Part shown: in pieces, positions 9,884 through 20,345 of the stretch | How positions within the stretch are numbered: the stretch's first letter is position 1 | How the letters are laid out: every line of letters starts with the position of its first letter | Assembly: GCA_938045195.1 (NCBI GenBank) | Contig: CALINC010000139.1 | Coordinates: 6,039-70,038 of the forward strand | Source: an uncultured Treponema sp. | GTDB lineage: Bacteria; Spirochaetota; Spirochaetia; Treponematales; Treponemataceae | DNA length: 64,000 bases | Direction of reading: 5' to 3' | Notes under the pieces: generated by a model | The model's input: the letters and a program-made list of their open reading frames with translations, nothing else | Told to the model about the DNA's origin: nothing | The model's database searches: none | Program-made: the position numbers and the translations under genes

Positions 9884-9960
9884 AGGCAAAAAAGAAGCGG
9901 AAGTGCCGGACTAATTGGTAATGTGTAATTGATAATTACCAATTAAAAAAGATATTCTCT
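9884..9960 (+). repeat. Direct repeat copy 2 flanking the Rpn gene
   Basis: aggcaaaaaagaagcggaagtgccggactaattggtaatgtgtaattgataatt...ttaaaaaagatattctct, matching 8812-8887. Confidence 0.9.
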
Positions 9961-9968
9961 GTGCGTAC

Positions 9969-9997
9969 TTGACTGTTATAATGCCGTCTGATACAAT
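9969..9997 (+). promoter_or_regulatory. Sigma70-type promoter for the hemerythrin gene, likely leaderless
   Basis: TTGACT-17 bp-TACAAT with extended TGn; ATG 7 nt downstream. Confidence 0.7.
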
Positions 9998-10004
9998 GCT
10001 CCCT

Positions 10005-10436
10005 ATGGTTAAAATTATTGAATACGCATGGGAAGATGCCCTCAGTGTAGGCTATCATTGTATAGATTTGCATCATAAAAAATTATTGCTTATTATCAAA
10101 GACTTTGCCGCTTTATTAAAACGTCCGCAAAAGGAATATAGTTTAAATATCGGAAAAGTTTTAAAAGAGTTATCGGATTATACTCAGTATCATTTTTTTG
10201 AAGAGGAAAAAATAATTTCAAAATACAAATGTCCCTATTTTGAACAGCATTCAAAAATTCATGCTGAATTTATAAAGACAATAAATGCAAATTTAAAAGA
10301 TCTTGCATCGGGAGATATGGAAGCAGGGATAGAATTTTATAATTTCTTGGGCAAATGGCTCCTTCAGCATATAGGTCAAGAAGATCACGAGTGGTCAGAT
10401 TATGTTCACGAACATTATCCTAATGAAAAGTTTTAA
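10005..10436 (+). CDS. Bacteriohemerythrin
   Basis: W...LSVG..IDLHH, HFFEEE, HSKIH and WLLQHIGQED di-iron ligands. The track's TTG start coincides with the -35 box, so ATG 10005 is preferred. Confidence 0.93.
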   Translation: MVKIIEYAWEDALSVGYHCIDLHHKKLLLIIKDFAALLKRPQKEYSLNIGKVLKELSDYTQYHFFEEEKIISKYKCPYFEQHSKIHAEFIKTINANLKDLASGDMEAGIEFYNFLGKWLLQHIGQEDHEWSDYVHEHYPNEKF

Positions 10437-10450
10437 ATTTAAAAAATGGA

Positions 10451-11836
10451 ATGTTTTTACGCATAAAAAATAATAGTCCGGAGAGTACAGGTGAGCATTA
10501 CATAACGGATTTTATTGTTCCGCCGTCAAAGAGCCATTCGATAAGGGCGTTGATTTTAGCAGCTCTTGCTGAAAAGCCGTCTCTAATTAAAAATCTCTTA
10601 ATAAGCGGAGATACTGAATCAGCCGTTTCGGTTTTGAAGATGTTAGGTGTAAAAATTAACATTTTTAAGCATGTAAACGGTTCGTCTTCTGCGCGGGTTA
10701 TTCCTCCTGCGGGAGGAATAAGACGGTTTTTATGCGAAAGGCAAAGCGTATCCGGCGGAGAACCCTTTACGGTAAATTCCGGCAATTCTGGGTCGCTATT
10801 CTATTTTTTGGGAATTATACTTTCTGCAATTCCTGTGCATTTTATATTGACGGGAGATGCATCCATATCAAAGCGCCCCGTGTTGCCTCTTACTGAAATA
10901 TATGATGCGCTTGGAATAAAATATGAATTTTTAACGGACAAAAAAAGTGCTCCTTTAAAAGTCTTCGGCAGGGATATTGCGGCTTTTGCTGCCGATACGG
11001 TGCTTATGCTTAATGGAGATTTTTCCCAGCCTATTACGGGGCTTTTAATTTCTTCCGTATTTCATAAACGTAAACTTAGTATTCATTTAAAAACGGCAGG
11101 TGAGCTTCCGTATCTTAAAATGACGGTAGAATGGTTAAGATTATGCGGCATTACGTTAAAGGTTTCCTCAAATTTTAAAAATTTTGAAATTCCTTGCGGG
11201 CAAAACATCACCGAATTTACAAAAACCATTCCCTCAGATTGGTCAAGTGCCGCTTTTCCCATTGCAGCAGCTCTCGTTTCAAATTCAAAAATGAAACTGA
11301 AAAATATGGATATTTGTGATGTACAAGGGGATTGCGGTATTATTCATATTTTAAAAAAAATGAATGCGGAAATATACTATAATAAAAGTAAAAAAGAACT
11401 TAGAGTTTTACCGTCTTTGAATAAACTGCAAGGCGGACAATTCGATTTATCTTCTATGCCGGATTCTCTTCCCGCTTTATCGGCAATAGCATGCTTTGCA
11501 CGCGGTAAAACGATGTTTACCAATATAGCGATATGCCGTTTTAAGGAATGCGATAGAATTGCCGCAATTTGTTCCGAATTGCGCAAATTTGGTGCTGAAA
11601 TAGAAGAGGGCAAAGACTTTTTAATTATTAACGGCAGCGGCGGAAAAAATCTTCATCCGTCTAAAGTTTTTTCTTACGGCGACCACAGAATTGCAATGAT
11701 GCTTATTGCGGTTTCGGCAGGAATTAGTAAACATGAAGATTTTTGTATAATAAAAGACGCTGAATGTATAAACATAACATATCCTGAATTTATCGAAAAT
11801 ATAAGCAAGAGCGGATTATGTAAAGTTGTTTTTTAA
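10451..11836 (+). CDS. aroA: 3-phosphoshikimate 1-carboxyvinyltransferase (EPSP synthase)
   Basis: PPSKSHSIRAL, GNSGS, TGDASISKRP, DWSSAAF, RFKECDRI and DHRIAM. Confidence 0.95.
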   Translation: MFLRIKNNSPESTGEHYITDFIVPPSKSHSIRALILAALAEKPSLIKNLLISGDTESAVSVLKMLGVKINIFKHVNGSSSARVIPPAGGIRRFLCERQSVSGGEPFTVNSGNSGSLFYFLGIILSAIPVHFILTGDASISKRPVLPLTEIYDALGIKYEFLTDKKSAPLKVFGRDIAAFAADTVLMLNGDFSQPITGLLISSVFHKRKLSIHLKTAGELPYLKMTVEWLRLCGITLKVSSNFKNFEIPCGQNITEFTKTIPSDWSSAAFPIAAALVSNSKMKLKNMDICDVQGDCGIIHILKKMNAEIYYNKSKKELRVLPSLNKLQGGQFDLSSMPDSLPALSAIACFARGKTMFTNIAICRFKECDRIAAICSELRKFGAEIEEGKDFLIINGSGGKNLHPSKVFSYGDHRIAMMLIAVSAGISKHEDFCIIKDAECINITYPEFIENISKSGLCKVVF

Positions 11837-12140
11837 ATTTATTATTACATAGTGCCGTACCGTATTTACTCACGTAAAAATCTAACCGTAGTTATATAGT
11901 CTGCTTCATCGCCATTGAAATAAGTTTGTTCTGCAGTTGTTGCGGTTTTTTAAGCAAGTGTTGTAAATTTAAACTATACTTTTTACGGCGCAGTTTATCT
12001 TTTTCAGCATCGCTTACATCAGAGCTTTCCCTCAAATCGATAATAGCCGGCAATACCTCTTACAATGTATATCCTGTTTTTGTAAAACAAAAACAGAGTG
12101 CTTATTGAAAAATACAGCATATTGTGCTATTATATTCCCT

Positions 12141-13016
12141 ATGAAAAAATTCTTTATCTTATTTTTTATTTTGATAATACTAGGCGGTACGGTATTTTTC
12201 TTCGGATGGATGCAGTTTGCAGTTCCTGCCGGAAATTATGGAGTAATGCTTTCAAAATCGGGCGGCTATTATTCTAAGCTTATTATGCCCGGTGAATTTA
12301 TGTGGCGGTGGGAACGGCTTGTTCCGACAAATGCAAAGATTCTCGTTTTTAATTTAGCTCCGCAGGAAATAGAGTATAAAACTGAGGGCATTCTCCCTGC
12401 TTCCGAAAAGTTTAGTATCATAATGGAAAGAAAGATAGACTTTAACTGGAAATACGGCATAAGTGTTTCGGCTTCAATAAACCCGGCAAATCTCATTGAT
12501 ATTGTAAAAACCGGAAGTATAAAACTTCAAACTGATTTGGATTCGTATGTACGGGGAAAGGTTGAAGAAGCCGCTCAAAAATCGTCAAATGAATGTATTA
12601 ACTATTTTATTCAAAATCCTGAAGAATATAAAAAGATACAATTTCAGCAAGGTACCTTTCAAGAAAAAATTGCAGAAAGCCTCAGGCAAAAGCTAGACAC
12701 TGAAATTCTTGTAAATAGTATAAAACTTTCTTCAGATATTGTAATACCCGATTTAAATTTATATACGGCAATGCGGGAAGCATATATAAATTACGAAAAA
12801 AGTAAAAGTGAAATGCTTGCCGAATTGACAACTGCCGAGGGAAGAAAAAACGCCGTTCAAAAATTCAGGATGGATGAAATGAAAAATTGGGGCGAGCTTT
12901 TAAAACAGTACCCTGAGTTGATTGACTTTTTAGCAGTTGCACGGAATGATGCTGCTGAAACCTTAAAGGCTTTGCGGGAGCTTCAAAGTAAAAACGAAAC
13001 AAAACCGCAACAATAA
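12141..13016 (+). CDS. Membrane-anchored hypothetical protein, possibly SPFH/band-7-like
   Basis: N-terminal TM, VPAGNYGVMLSKSGG...PGEFMWRWE, helical C-terminus. ATG 12141 follows TTGAAA-17-TATTAT. Confidence 0.6.
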   Translation: MKKFFILFFILIILGGTVFFFGWMQFAVPAGNYGVMLSKSGGYYSKLIMPGEFMWRWERLVPTNAKILVFNLAPQEIEYKTEGILPASEKFSIIMERKIDFNWKYGISVSASINPANLIDIVKTGSIKLQTDLDSYVRGKVEEAAQKSSNECINYFIQNPEEYKKIQFQQGTFQEKIAESLRQKLDTEILVNSIKLSSDIVIPDLNLYTAMREAYINYEKSKSEMLAELTTAEGRKNAVQKFRMDEMKNWGELLKQYPELIDFLAVARNDAAETLKALRELQSKNETKPQQ

Positions 13017-13032
13017 GAAACATACATATTTT

Positions 13033-13896
13033 ATGAATGCGGAAGAAAAGAAAACCTTATATAAATTTTTCCTCACGGCTTCGGCTTATTTTTCCGGTTT
13101 TAAGCAGGAAGAAGCTGAACTTGATTTTTCCGATGATTGCCCCCTTGAACAAGTTATTCCGCAAGAGGTGCAAACTGATATGCAGCGTCAGCCGGAGCAG
13201 GGATGTCTGACTGCACAACTGCAAAAAGCCGAAACATTAAGTGTGCAAAACCGAATTCAAAAATTGCAGGAAGTATATGCGCAGATTTCAGTGTGTAATG
13301 CCTGCCGCCTTTGCGAATGCCGAAAAAATGTTGTGCCGGGTGAAGGACCCGCTGAGCTTAGTAAAGCCGCCTTACAATCGGCTGAGTATGTAAAGGCATT
13401 TTGCGGTATTGACGTTATGGTAATAGGCGAGGGACCCGGAGCTGATGAAGATATGCAAGGACGGCCCTTTGTGGGAAGAGCCGGGCAGCTGTTGGATAAA
13501 ATGCTTGCGGCAATACAATTATTCCGTACAAAAAATTGCTACATCGCTAATGTTGTAAAATGCCGGCCGCCGAATAACCGCGACCCCCAGCCCGATGAAA
13601 CCGCCGCATGCAGAAATTTTATCGATGCACAGATTGCCGCTATAAAACCCAAAGCGATTTTAATAGTCGGACGTGTAGCTCTTCAAAATTTATTGCAAAC
13701 AAGCGAGGGTATCGGCAAAATGCACGGGAAGTTTTTGGAGTATGCGGGTATTCCTCTCATGGCAACATATCATCCTAGTGCGTTACTTCGGGATATAAAT
13801 TTAAAACGTCCTGCATGGGAAGACTTAAAACTATTCCGCGCGAAACTCGATGAACTAAAAGAATTAAAGGCAGGCTTTAATGGCTCGATGGCTTAG
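13033..13896 (+). CDS. Uracil-DNA glycosylase, family 4 (4Fe-4S)
   Basis: CNACRLC, IGEGPGADED.QGRPFVGRAGQLL, NVVKCRPPNNR and TYHPS. Confidence 0.95.
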   Translation: MNAEEKKTLYKFFLTASAYFSGFKQEEAELDFSDDCPLEQVIPQEVQTDMQRQPEQGCLTAQLQKAETLSVQNRIQKLQEVYAQISVCNACRLCECRKNVVPGEGPAELSKAALQSAEYVKAFCGIDVMVIGEGPGADEDMQGRPFVGRAGQLLDKMLAAIQLFRTKNCYIANVVKCRPPNNRDPQPDETAACRNFIDAQIAAIKPKAILIVGRVALQNLLQTSEGIGKMHGKFLEYAGIPLMATYHPSALLRDINLKRPAWEDLKLFRAKLDELKELKAGFNGSMA

Positions 13897-15853
13897 GTTA
13901 AGTTTTAACCTCCCCGTGTATCAAACTTTTACCTATAAAAATATTGAAGACGCAGGAGACTCGTTAATAGGAAAACGGGCTTCGGTAAAATTCGGTTCAC
14001 GGAATTTAATCGGCTTTATTATAGGAGAATCCGATGAGCTTGACAAAGGTCTGCCCGTTTCGGAAGATAAAATAAAACCTGTAAGCCGCATTGTAGATAA
14101 GGTTCCGATTTTCGGTAAAGCGCAAATAGAACTTGCCGCATGGATTTCTAAATTTTATATTTGCAGTTTCGGGGAAGCTCTATCGGCAATTTTGCCGTCG
14201 GGCAAACGCGAGGCAAGTTTTGAAAATTTGCGTATAAATGAAGAAGAAAGGACGGCTTCTGCATTGATGCTTTCGGAAGAACAAAAAAGCGCGGTAGATA
14301 AAATTGTCCAATCGCAAAAAAGTGATTTTTTTTATTTGTATGGGCTTACAGGTTCAGGTAAAACCGAAGTATTTTTACAGGCTGCCGAAGCCGTTATTAA
14401 ACAGGGCAAAACGGTAATCTATCTTGTGCCTGAAATCGGCTTAACACATCAGGTGATACAAGCTGCCGTAACCCGCTTCGGCGGCAAGGCGGCTGTTTTA
14501 CATTCCGGGCTTACCGGCAGTGAACGGCTGAACCAGTGGATGCGGATAAAACGCGGTGAGGCACTTATGGTAGTAGGGGCGAGGAGTGCCGTTTTTGCGC
14601 CGGCAGAAAAAATAGGCCTTATTATCATTGATGAAGAACATGACAGTTCCTACAAGTCGGGGTCGGCTCCTAGGTATCATGCAAGGCAAACAGCAATGTA
14701 TTTATCGTTAAAACATTCCTGCCCTCTTGTAATGGGTTCCGCTACTCCATCCCTTGAGGCATGGAATATGATTAAAACCGGTACAATTAAAAGCCTCGCA
14801 TTAACAAAACGGCTTGCAGGAGGCAGTCTGCCCCAAATTCAAATTGAAAATCTTGCAGGTACGAGGGGGGCATTGACGGCGCACTTAATAGAAGAAATAC
14901 GAAAAACGAAAAACTTAAATAGGCAGACAATTCTTTTTTTAAACAGGCGCGGTTTTTCGCATTTATTTAAATGCAGAACCTGCGGTTATGAAATGCTGTG
15001 TAAAAACTGCTCTGTGCCGATGACGTTTCATAAAAAAGAGGGGGTTATGAAATGTCATTATTGCGGAATGCAAGCACCTCCTCCTAATGCATGTCCTGAA
15101 TGTAAGTCGTTGGATATAGGCTATGCAGGCTTCGGTACGGAATTTATTGAAGAAGAAGTGCGCCGCACATTCCCCGATTGCAGTATTGCCCGTCTTGATA
15201 CCGACTCGGTTGCAAACGCGAAAAATCTTGAAAGCATATTAACAGACTTCCGTGCGGGAAAAATAGACATTCTTTTAGGGACACAGATGATTGCCAAAGG
15301 ATTAAATTTTCCGAAAGTGCGGCTTGTCGGCATTGTTATGGCGGATACGGGGCTTCAAATGCCTGACTTCCGCGCTGCGGAACGGGGCTTTTCGCTGATT
15401 ACGCAGGCGGCAGGGCGAGCCGGAAGATATAGCGGCGACGGGTTGGTAATTATCCAAACCTTACGCCCGGAGCATCCGTCTATTGTTTGCGCAAAAAATA
15501 ATGACGGAGCGGCTTTTTATGAGTATGAACTTACCCAGAGAAAACTCTTGGATTTTCCGCCTTTTAAGCGTCTTATACGGCTTGTTTTTAGAAGCAAGGA
15601 TTTAAAAAAAGCCGAGCTCGCTGCCGATGGAGCCGCTGCTATTTTAAAAAAACTTATCCCTGTCGGTGCGGAAATTATGGGTCCGTCAGAGTGTATACTT
15701 TCGATGATTTCGGGGAATTACAGGCTTCAAATTATTTTGCGCTCGGATAATTTTCCGTTGATTCGGGAAGCCGCCGAAAAATTTATAAGAGAATATAAGT
15801 CGCTTTCGGGTATTTATATTGAAATCGATTGTGATCCGGTGAGTATGATGTAG
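13880..15853 (+). CDS. priA: Primosomal protein N' (replication restart helicase)
   Basis: GLTGSGKTEV, DEEHD, four CxxC zinc motifs, GTQMIAKG and QAAGRAGR. Confidence 0.97.
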   Translation: MARWLRLSFNLPVYQTFTYKNIEDAGDSLIGKRASVKFGSRNLIGFIIGESDELDKGLPVSEDKIKPVSRIVDKVPIFGKAQIELAAWISKFYICSFGEALSAILPSGKREASFENLRINEEERTASALMLSEEQKSAVDKIVQSQKSDFFYLYGLTGSGKTEVFLQAAEAVIKQGKTVIYLVPEIGLTHQVIQAAVTRFGGKAAVLHSGLTGSERLNQWMRIKRGEALMVVGARSAVFAPAEKIGLIIIDEEHDSSYKSGSAPRYHARQTAMYLSLKHSCPLVMGSATPSLEAWNMIKTGTIKSLALTKRLAGGSLPQIQIENLAGTRGALTAHLIEEIRKTKNLNRQTILFLNRRGFSHLFKCRTCGYEMLCKNCSVPMTFHKKEGVMKCHYCGMQAPPPNACPECKSLDIGYAGFGTEFIEEEVRRTFPDCSIARLDTDSVANAKNLESILTDFRAGKIDILLGTQMIAKGLNFPKVRLVGIVMADTGLQMPDFRAAERGFSLITQAAGRAGRYSGDGLVIIQTLRPEHPSIVCAKNNDGAAFYEYELTQRKLLDFPPFKRLIRLVFRSKDLKKAELAADGAAAILKKLIPVGAEIMGPSECILSMISGNYRLQIILRSDNFPLIREAAEKFIREYKSLSGIYIEIDCDPVSMM

Positions 15854-15866
15854 AAGAGATGCTGCG

Positions 15867-16022
15867 TTAGGGATTGGAGGGGTGCCGAATTGTTTTTTCA
15901 AAAACAATTCGGCAGTACATTTTTGCACACTATCTGTGTGCAAAAATACCGCAGGCGGAAAGCCGGAGCCCCGCAAAGCCCGACGGTTTGTTTTCGGGAA
16001 GAAAACAAACCGGAACGCCCGA
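15867..16022. repeat. Multi-hairpin REP-like intergenic element between convergent genes
   Basis: Stems tgccgaattgttttt/aaaaacaattcggca, ttttgcacac/gtgtgcaaaa and cggtttgttttc/gaaaacaaaccg. Confidence 0.65.
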
Positions 16023-16025
16023 ATT

Positions 16026-17510
16026 TTATTTTTTAGAATACTTTTTTAATGTTACGGCAGGTTCTGAGGGAATACCGAACTTCGGAAATATTTTGTCAAA
16101 ACCAAAAAGCGTAAACAAAAGAATTGTTATGACGGCAATGTGAGCCATAAAATTGTAGCGGATGATTTGCGTTTGAGTAAATTGGGCTAGAGGGTAAACC
16201 GTGCCGGCAATGCCTGCAAAAAAACTTAAGTATACGTGCCAAGGAATTAATTGCGAGCCGAAAATTCCCAAGGCGGAAGAAAAGGTTGCATTGCGTAAGC
16301 GGAGAAGATACATGGCATTTTCGCTGCCTTCGACGTTTTCATTGGTGATGTCTTTTATGATAGGTCCGACCGTAACGATTTGAGCCATTTCATCAGCGAG
16401 GGCGGCATTTCCTAAAAGCGAAATAATACCGTTCCAAAACATAAGTTGGCGGACATTACGCGAAAGTTTAACGGCAAGATTTGACAGCGGCCTAAAAGCG
16501 TCCATTTTTGCCATTATACCGCCGAAAGCCGCAACCCACATCATCATGATGATAACCCATGAACCGGCACCTACAAAGCCGTTGTAAATTATCTCGAAAT
16601 ATGAAATAAGCCCCGATACGGTTCCGGCAAATCGCCCTAAGATAAAGCAGGAGACAATTCCGGCGCCGAGACAAAGCAGGGTAGAAAAGCCTTTTAGCGC
16701 AATGCCTATGACGAGAATTAGGGGGATAACCATATAAACGGGCACTCCGTTTTGGACTTGATGCAAGAGGTCAACGGCTACGGGTTTTTCTTCTTGCAGT
16801 TTTGTCCAGACTTCGGCAGGGATTGCTTCGATAGCTTTGGCTGGAGAAACAAAATCGCCGGGCAGGTTTAGACCTGCGATGAAAAATGTTATGCAGGCAA
16901 GGACGAGACAGAATATAGACCAAAGCCCTTGGTTTTTCATTCTGTCGGTTACTTCGACATTGTGAATGCCTGAGCTTACCACTGTAGTATCTGAAATCAA
17001 ACCGAGATTATCGCCGAAGCAGGAACCGCCTGCAATAGCTGCCAGACTTAAAACCATATTTCCGCTGAGAATGTGCGTCATCCATAAGAAAATGGGGGCG
17101 CAGGCAGCAAATGTTCCCCATGAGGTTCCGGTTGCAACCGATAAAACGGAGGAAACCAAAAAAGCCGCAACTGCAACTGTTTTTGCCGAAATGCCTATTT
17201 TTAAACTGAGTGTAATTATTGATGCCCCTACTCCTGTGGACATAAAGGCATCAGCCATTGCATAGGCAAACATTAAAATAAAAAACACTAGCTGCATTTC
17301 TTTTACATTATCAATTGCCGAATTCAAAATATCGTTAAATTTGATTTTGTCGGTAATCATCGCAACAACTACGGCATATAAAACCGCAATCGGAGCGATA
17401 ATTAAAATATCCAGTTTAAATCCGAATAATAGCGAAAGAGATTCAATATTTGAAATCATCATTAAACCTGCAAGTAATAATACAGGTGTCAACTTAAAAA
17501 AAGAGCGCAT
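16026..17510 (-). CDS. NhaC-family Na+/H+ antiporter-like or amino-acid transporter
   Basis: Many TMs; TGTSWGTF and GSCFGDNLGLISDTTVVSS motifs. Confidence 0.9.
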   Translation of the reverse strand: MRSFFKLTPVLLLAGLMMISNIESLSLLFGFKLDILIIAPIAVLYAVVVAMITDKIKFNDILNSAIDNVKEMQLVFFILMFAYAMADAFMSTGVGASIITLSLKIGISAKTVAVAAFLVSSVLSVATGTSWGTFAACAPIFLWMTHILSGNMVLSLAAIAGGSCFGDNLGLISDTTVVSSGIHNVEVTDRMKNQGLWSIFCLVLACITFFIAGLNLPGDFVSPAKAIEAIPAEVWTKLQEEKPVAVDLLHQVQNGVPVYMVIPLILVIGIALKGFSTLLCLGAGIVSCFILGRFAGTVSGLISYFEIIYNGFVGAGSWVIIMMMWVAAFGGIMAKMDAFRPLSNLAVKLSRNVRQLMFWNGIISLLGNAALADEMAQIVTVGPIIKDITNENVEGSENAMYLLRLRNATFSSALGIFGSQLIPWHVYLSFFAGIAGTVYPLAQFTQTQIIRYNFMAHIAVITILLFTLFGFDKIFPKFGIPSEPAVTLKKYSKK

Positions 17511-17532
17511 ATATACCCCTAAATTTTACTTG

Positions 17533-19236
17533 TTACAGCTCAATTGCTGCCATCTTTTTTTCCGCATAAATCCCGTAAGGTTTTATGAGAACGGCAAATA
17601 TTGCACCCGGAATAAAGACAAAATAGATTAGTAAAACCCACGTATAGGCATTGATTGCGAAAAATAGGACAAGAGATGAAAGCCCTAAAATTATAAAATT
17701 AAAAAGCATAACAAAAAGCACGTTTGTATTTTGTTTCATTGCCGCTACGGGATTATCCCAGTGTAATTTAGGATGAGCCGTATCAACAAAAAGTGCCAGC
17801 AAATTGAGTACGCCTGAAAATACCAGTGCCGTTAAAGATGCAAAGATAATATTTATAAGACTGAATTTAAAAATAAATGCAATAAAACCAACTCCTATTA
17901 TTACTGCAAATAATGCAAAAATCATTGAATGAATTAATTTCGCATACATATACATTTGAATATCTATCGGGAGGCTTTTTACTACGGGAATAAATTTTGC
18001 ATCGCGTGAAAGAGCCGTATCGGCGATATTACTCATAGAACCCAAAACACCTGCAATGAGACCGGCAATAACAAAGCCCGCATTTCCGTTCATAAAATCC
18101 AATACTACAGGCGGTATGGAATCGAAATTGCCGTTTTTTGCAATAAAAATTACAATGAATAAAATCGGTAAGAAAATTATTGTAAAAGGTCCGTTTAATA
18201 AGTAAATAGGTGTCCGGTTCATCATAACGAATTCTCTTTTTACATATGCTGCTAACGGAGGAAGCGTTTTTATATTTTTTTTGATATAGCCTGAAACTTC
18301 TTTTGAATCAAGTTTTTTTATTTTCTTTTCGCCGAAACCGATTAAACTATCGCAGTACATTTTGGACATAAAGAATATAATAAGAACAGGTAAGGCGGTG
18401 CATACGGCAATAAGGAGAATAAGATATAAAACCGTAATTATTGAATTCGGTTCCGTTAAGATTTTGCCCACAAGGTGTACCGGCGGATAATAGACACCGT
18501 ATTGTGCAAATCCTGTTGCTCCCGAAGCTATTTTTTCCGTAAGAGCGTCAAATCCTTCATTATTGGGCATAGACTGAATAAAATAGTTAAATGCAAGCGA
18601 AAGTATAATTCCTATTGCGGAGCTTATCCCCATAATTACGTTTTTGTTTTTAAAAAAACGAGTAAAGCGCATTAACAAGATATTGAAAAAATAACAGAAA
18701 GCAATTACCGGGAGCGGAATTACAACGGCACAAAGAACGCCCCAAATATAAAATAAAAAATGGGGGTTTTCATTTATACCGAAAATAACCATTAATACGC
18801 CGAAGAAGGCAAGAGATGCCAAGATGCTGTTTATAGTGTTTGCCGTAAATTTGGCTGAAAATAAAGTACGGTGCTTTATCGGCATAGATAAAAATTGCTC
18901 TTCGATTTCTCCGATATAATATGTTGAAGCCGTAACTAAAAAACCGAAAAAAAGCGAGATAACCGATACAAGTGCCGCCGATAGTTCGAATAAAAGTTTG
19001 AGATTATGAGCTTCTTTTGCGTAAGCATATAATCCGTATGCATACATACCGAAAAAAAACAAAAATTCGGCAAAGATTATGACAAACAGAAAAACAATAC
19101 CGATTATTTTTGCCTTGGAATTTTTTGTTATGGTTTCTCCATTTTTCTTTTTTTGCTTTTGTATTTGAGCTTTTAGGTTCTTTAAACTGAAAACCGATGC
19201 CAAATATATTTTAACGAGTTTAAAAAAAACTTTCAT
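17533..19236 (-). CDS. ABC-2 type exporter permease
   Basis: About 14 TMs, FLSMPIK, SLPI and PKLHWDNP..AMKQN; directly downstream of an ABC ATPase. Confidence 0.85.
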   Translation of the reverse strand: MKVFFKLVKIYLASVFSLKNLKAQIQKQKKKNGETITKNSKAKIIGIVFLFVIIFAEFLFFFGMYAYGLYAYAKEAHNLKLLFELSAALVSVISLFFGFLVTASTYYIGEIEEQFLSMPIKHRTLFSAKFTANTINSILASLAFFGVLMVIFGINENPHFLFYIWGVLCAVVIPLPVIAFCYFFNILLMRFTRFFKNKNVIMGISSAIGIILSLAFNYFIQSMPNNEGFDALTEKIASGATGFAQYGVYYPPVHLVGKILTEPNSIITVLYLILLIAVCTALPVLIIFFMSKMYCDSLIGFGEKKIKKLDSKEVSGYIKKNIKTLPPLAAYVKREFVMMNRTPIYLLNGPFTIIFLPILFIVIFIAKNGNFDSIPPVVLDFMNGNAGFVIAGLIAGVLGSMSNIADTALSRDAKFIPVVKSLPIDIQMYMYAKLIHSMIFALFAVIIGVGFIAFIFKFSLINIIFASLTALVFSGVLNLLALFVDTAHPKLHWDNPVAAMKQNTNVLFVMLFNFIILGLSSLVLFFAINAYTWVLLIYFVFIPGAIFAVLIKPYGIYAEKKMAAIEL

Positions 19237-19250
19237 CTAAAACCTGCCTG

Positions 19251-20027
19251 TTAATTTTGGATAAAAGAAGTGTTTTCCGCCTTATCTTCAAAGCCTGAAG
19301 AAACCGCATCGGTAAGCTCCAAAAACAACTGTTCCAAAGAGCCGTTTTCACCGCGTTTTTGGCGTAAATCTTGCAGCGAACCTTCAAACATAATTTTACC
19401 GCTGTTTATAATTGCCAGTCTGTCGCAGAGTTTTTCGGCAACTTCCATAACATGTGTCGAAAAGAAAACGACTTTGCCGGCATTGGCGCGTTTGCGCATA
19501 ACCTCTTTTAGTTGAAATGCCGATTTGGGGTCAAGCCCTACCATAGGTTCGTCCAATATCCAAACTTCCGGGTCGGGAATTAGACTTGCCGTAACCAAAA
19601 GTTTTTGCTTCATACCATGAGAAAAACTTCCGATACTTCCGTTTAAAGCGTCTTTAATACCGAACATTTCGGTATATTCTGCAACCCGCTCTTGCCGTGT
19701 GTCATTGGGGACTTCGTAAACATCTCCTATAAAATTGAGATATTCTGCGGCTTTTAGTTGTGAAAAGAGTTCGGGGTTATCTGTTACATAACCTATTTTT
19801 CGTTTTGCTTCTATAGGATTTTCAGCGATATCGGTTCCCGATACAATTATTTTCCCTGCATTCGGATTTAAAACTCCGGTAATCATTTTTATGGTCGTAG
19901 TTTTTCCTGCGCCGTTCGGTCCTAAAAAACCGAAAATCTCTCCGTTCTTAACTGTTACAGAAATATTATCAACGGCTTTGACCTTTGAATTTCCGTACGT
20001 TTTTGAAACATTGCAAATTTCAATCAT
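19251..20027 (-). CDS. ABC transporter ATP-binding protein
   Basis: GPNGAGKTT, FSHGMKQK, LDEP and STH. Confidence 0.95.
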   Translation of the reverse strand: MIEICNVSKTYGNSKVKAVDNISVTVKNGEIFGFLGPNGAGKTTTIKMITGVLNPNAGKIIVSGTDIAENPIEAKRKIGYVTDNPELFSQLKAAEYLNFIGDVYEVPNDTRQERVAEYTEMFGIKDALNGSIGSFSHGMKQKLLVTASLIPDPEVWILDEPMVGLDPKSAFQLKEVMRKRANAGKVVFFSTHVMEVAEKLCDRLAIINSGKIMFEGSLQDLRQKRGENGSLEQLFLELTDAVSSGFEDKAENTSFIQN

Positions 20028-20345
20028 TATAACCTCTTGAAAAAGTATTATAATTATAAGCTCAAAAAAGTCAACTATTCACGTGCGGAGTGCGGAGGAT
20101 ACGGGAATCAATTTTTACGTAGAGTTGCAAAAGTGCGGAAATTCATCAATCCTCGAAAATCGGTTTCTCTATAAAATTTCGTAATAGGGAACATCCGCTA
20201 TCTATATAGAAATTCCTATATTGTAATTTTATTTTTTTTTGGATATAATCAGGCACCTGAAATATGCGTTTTTTAGAGTTTCCCAAAGCTGTTTTGCTTT
20301 TGCGGTACAGGGGTACCGTATTAAATAATTTTTGAGGATAAATAT

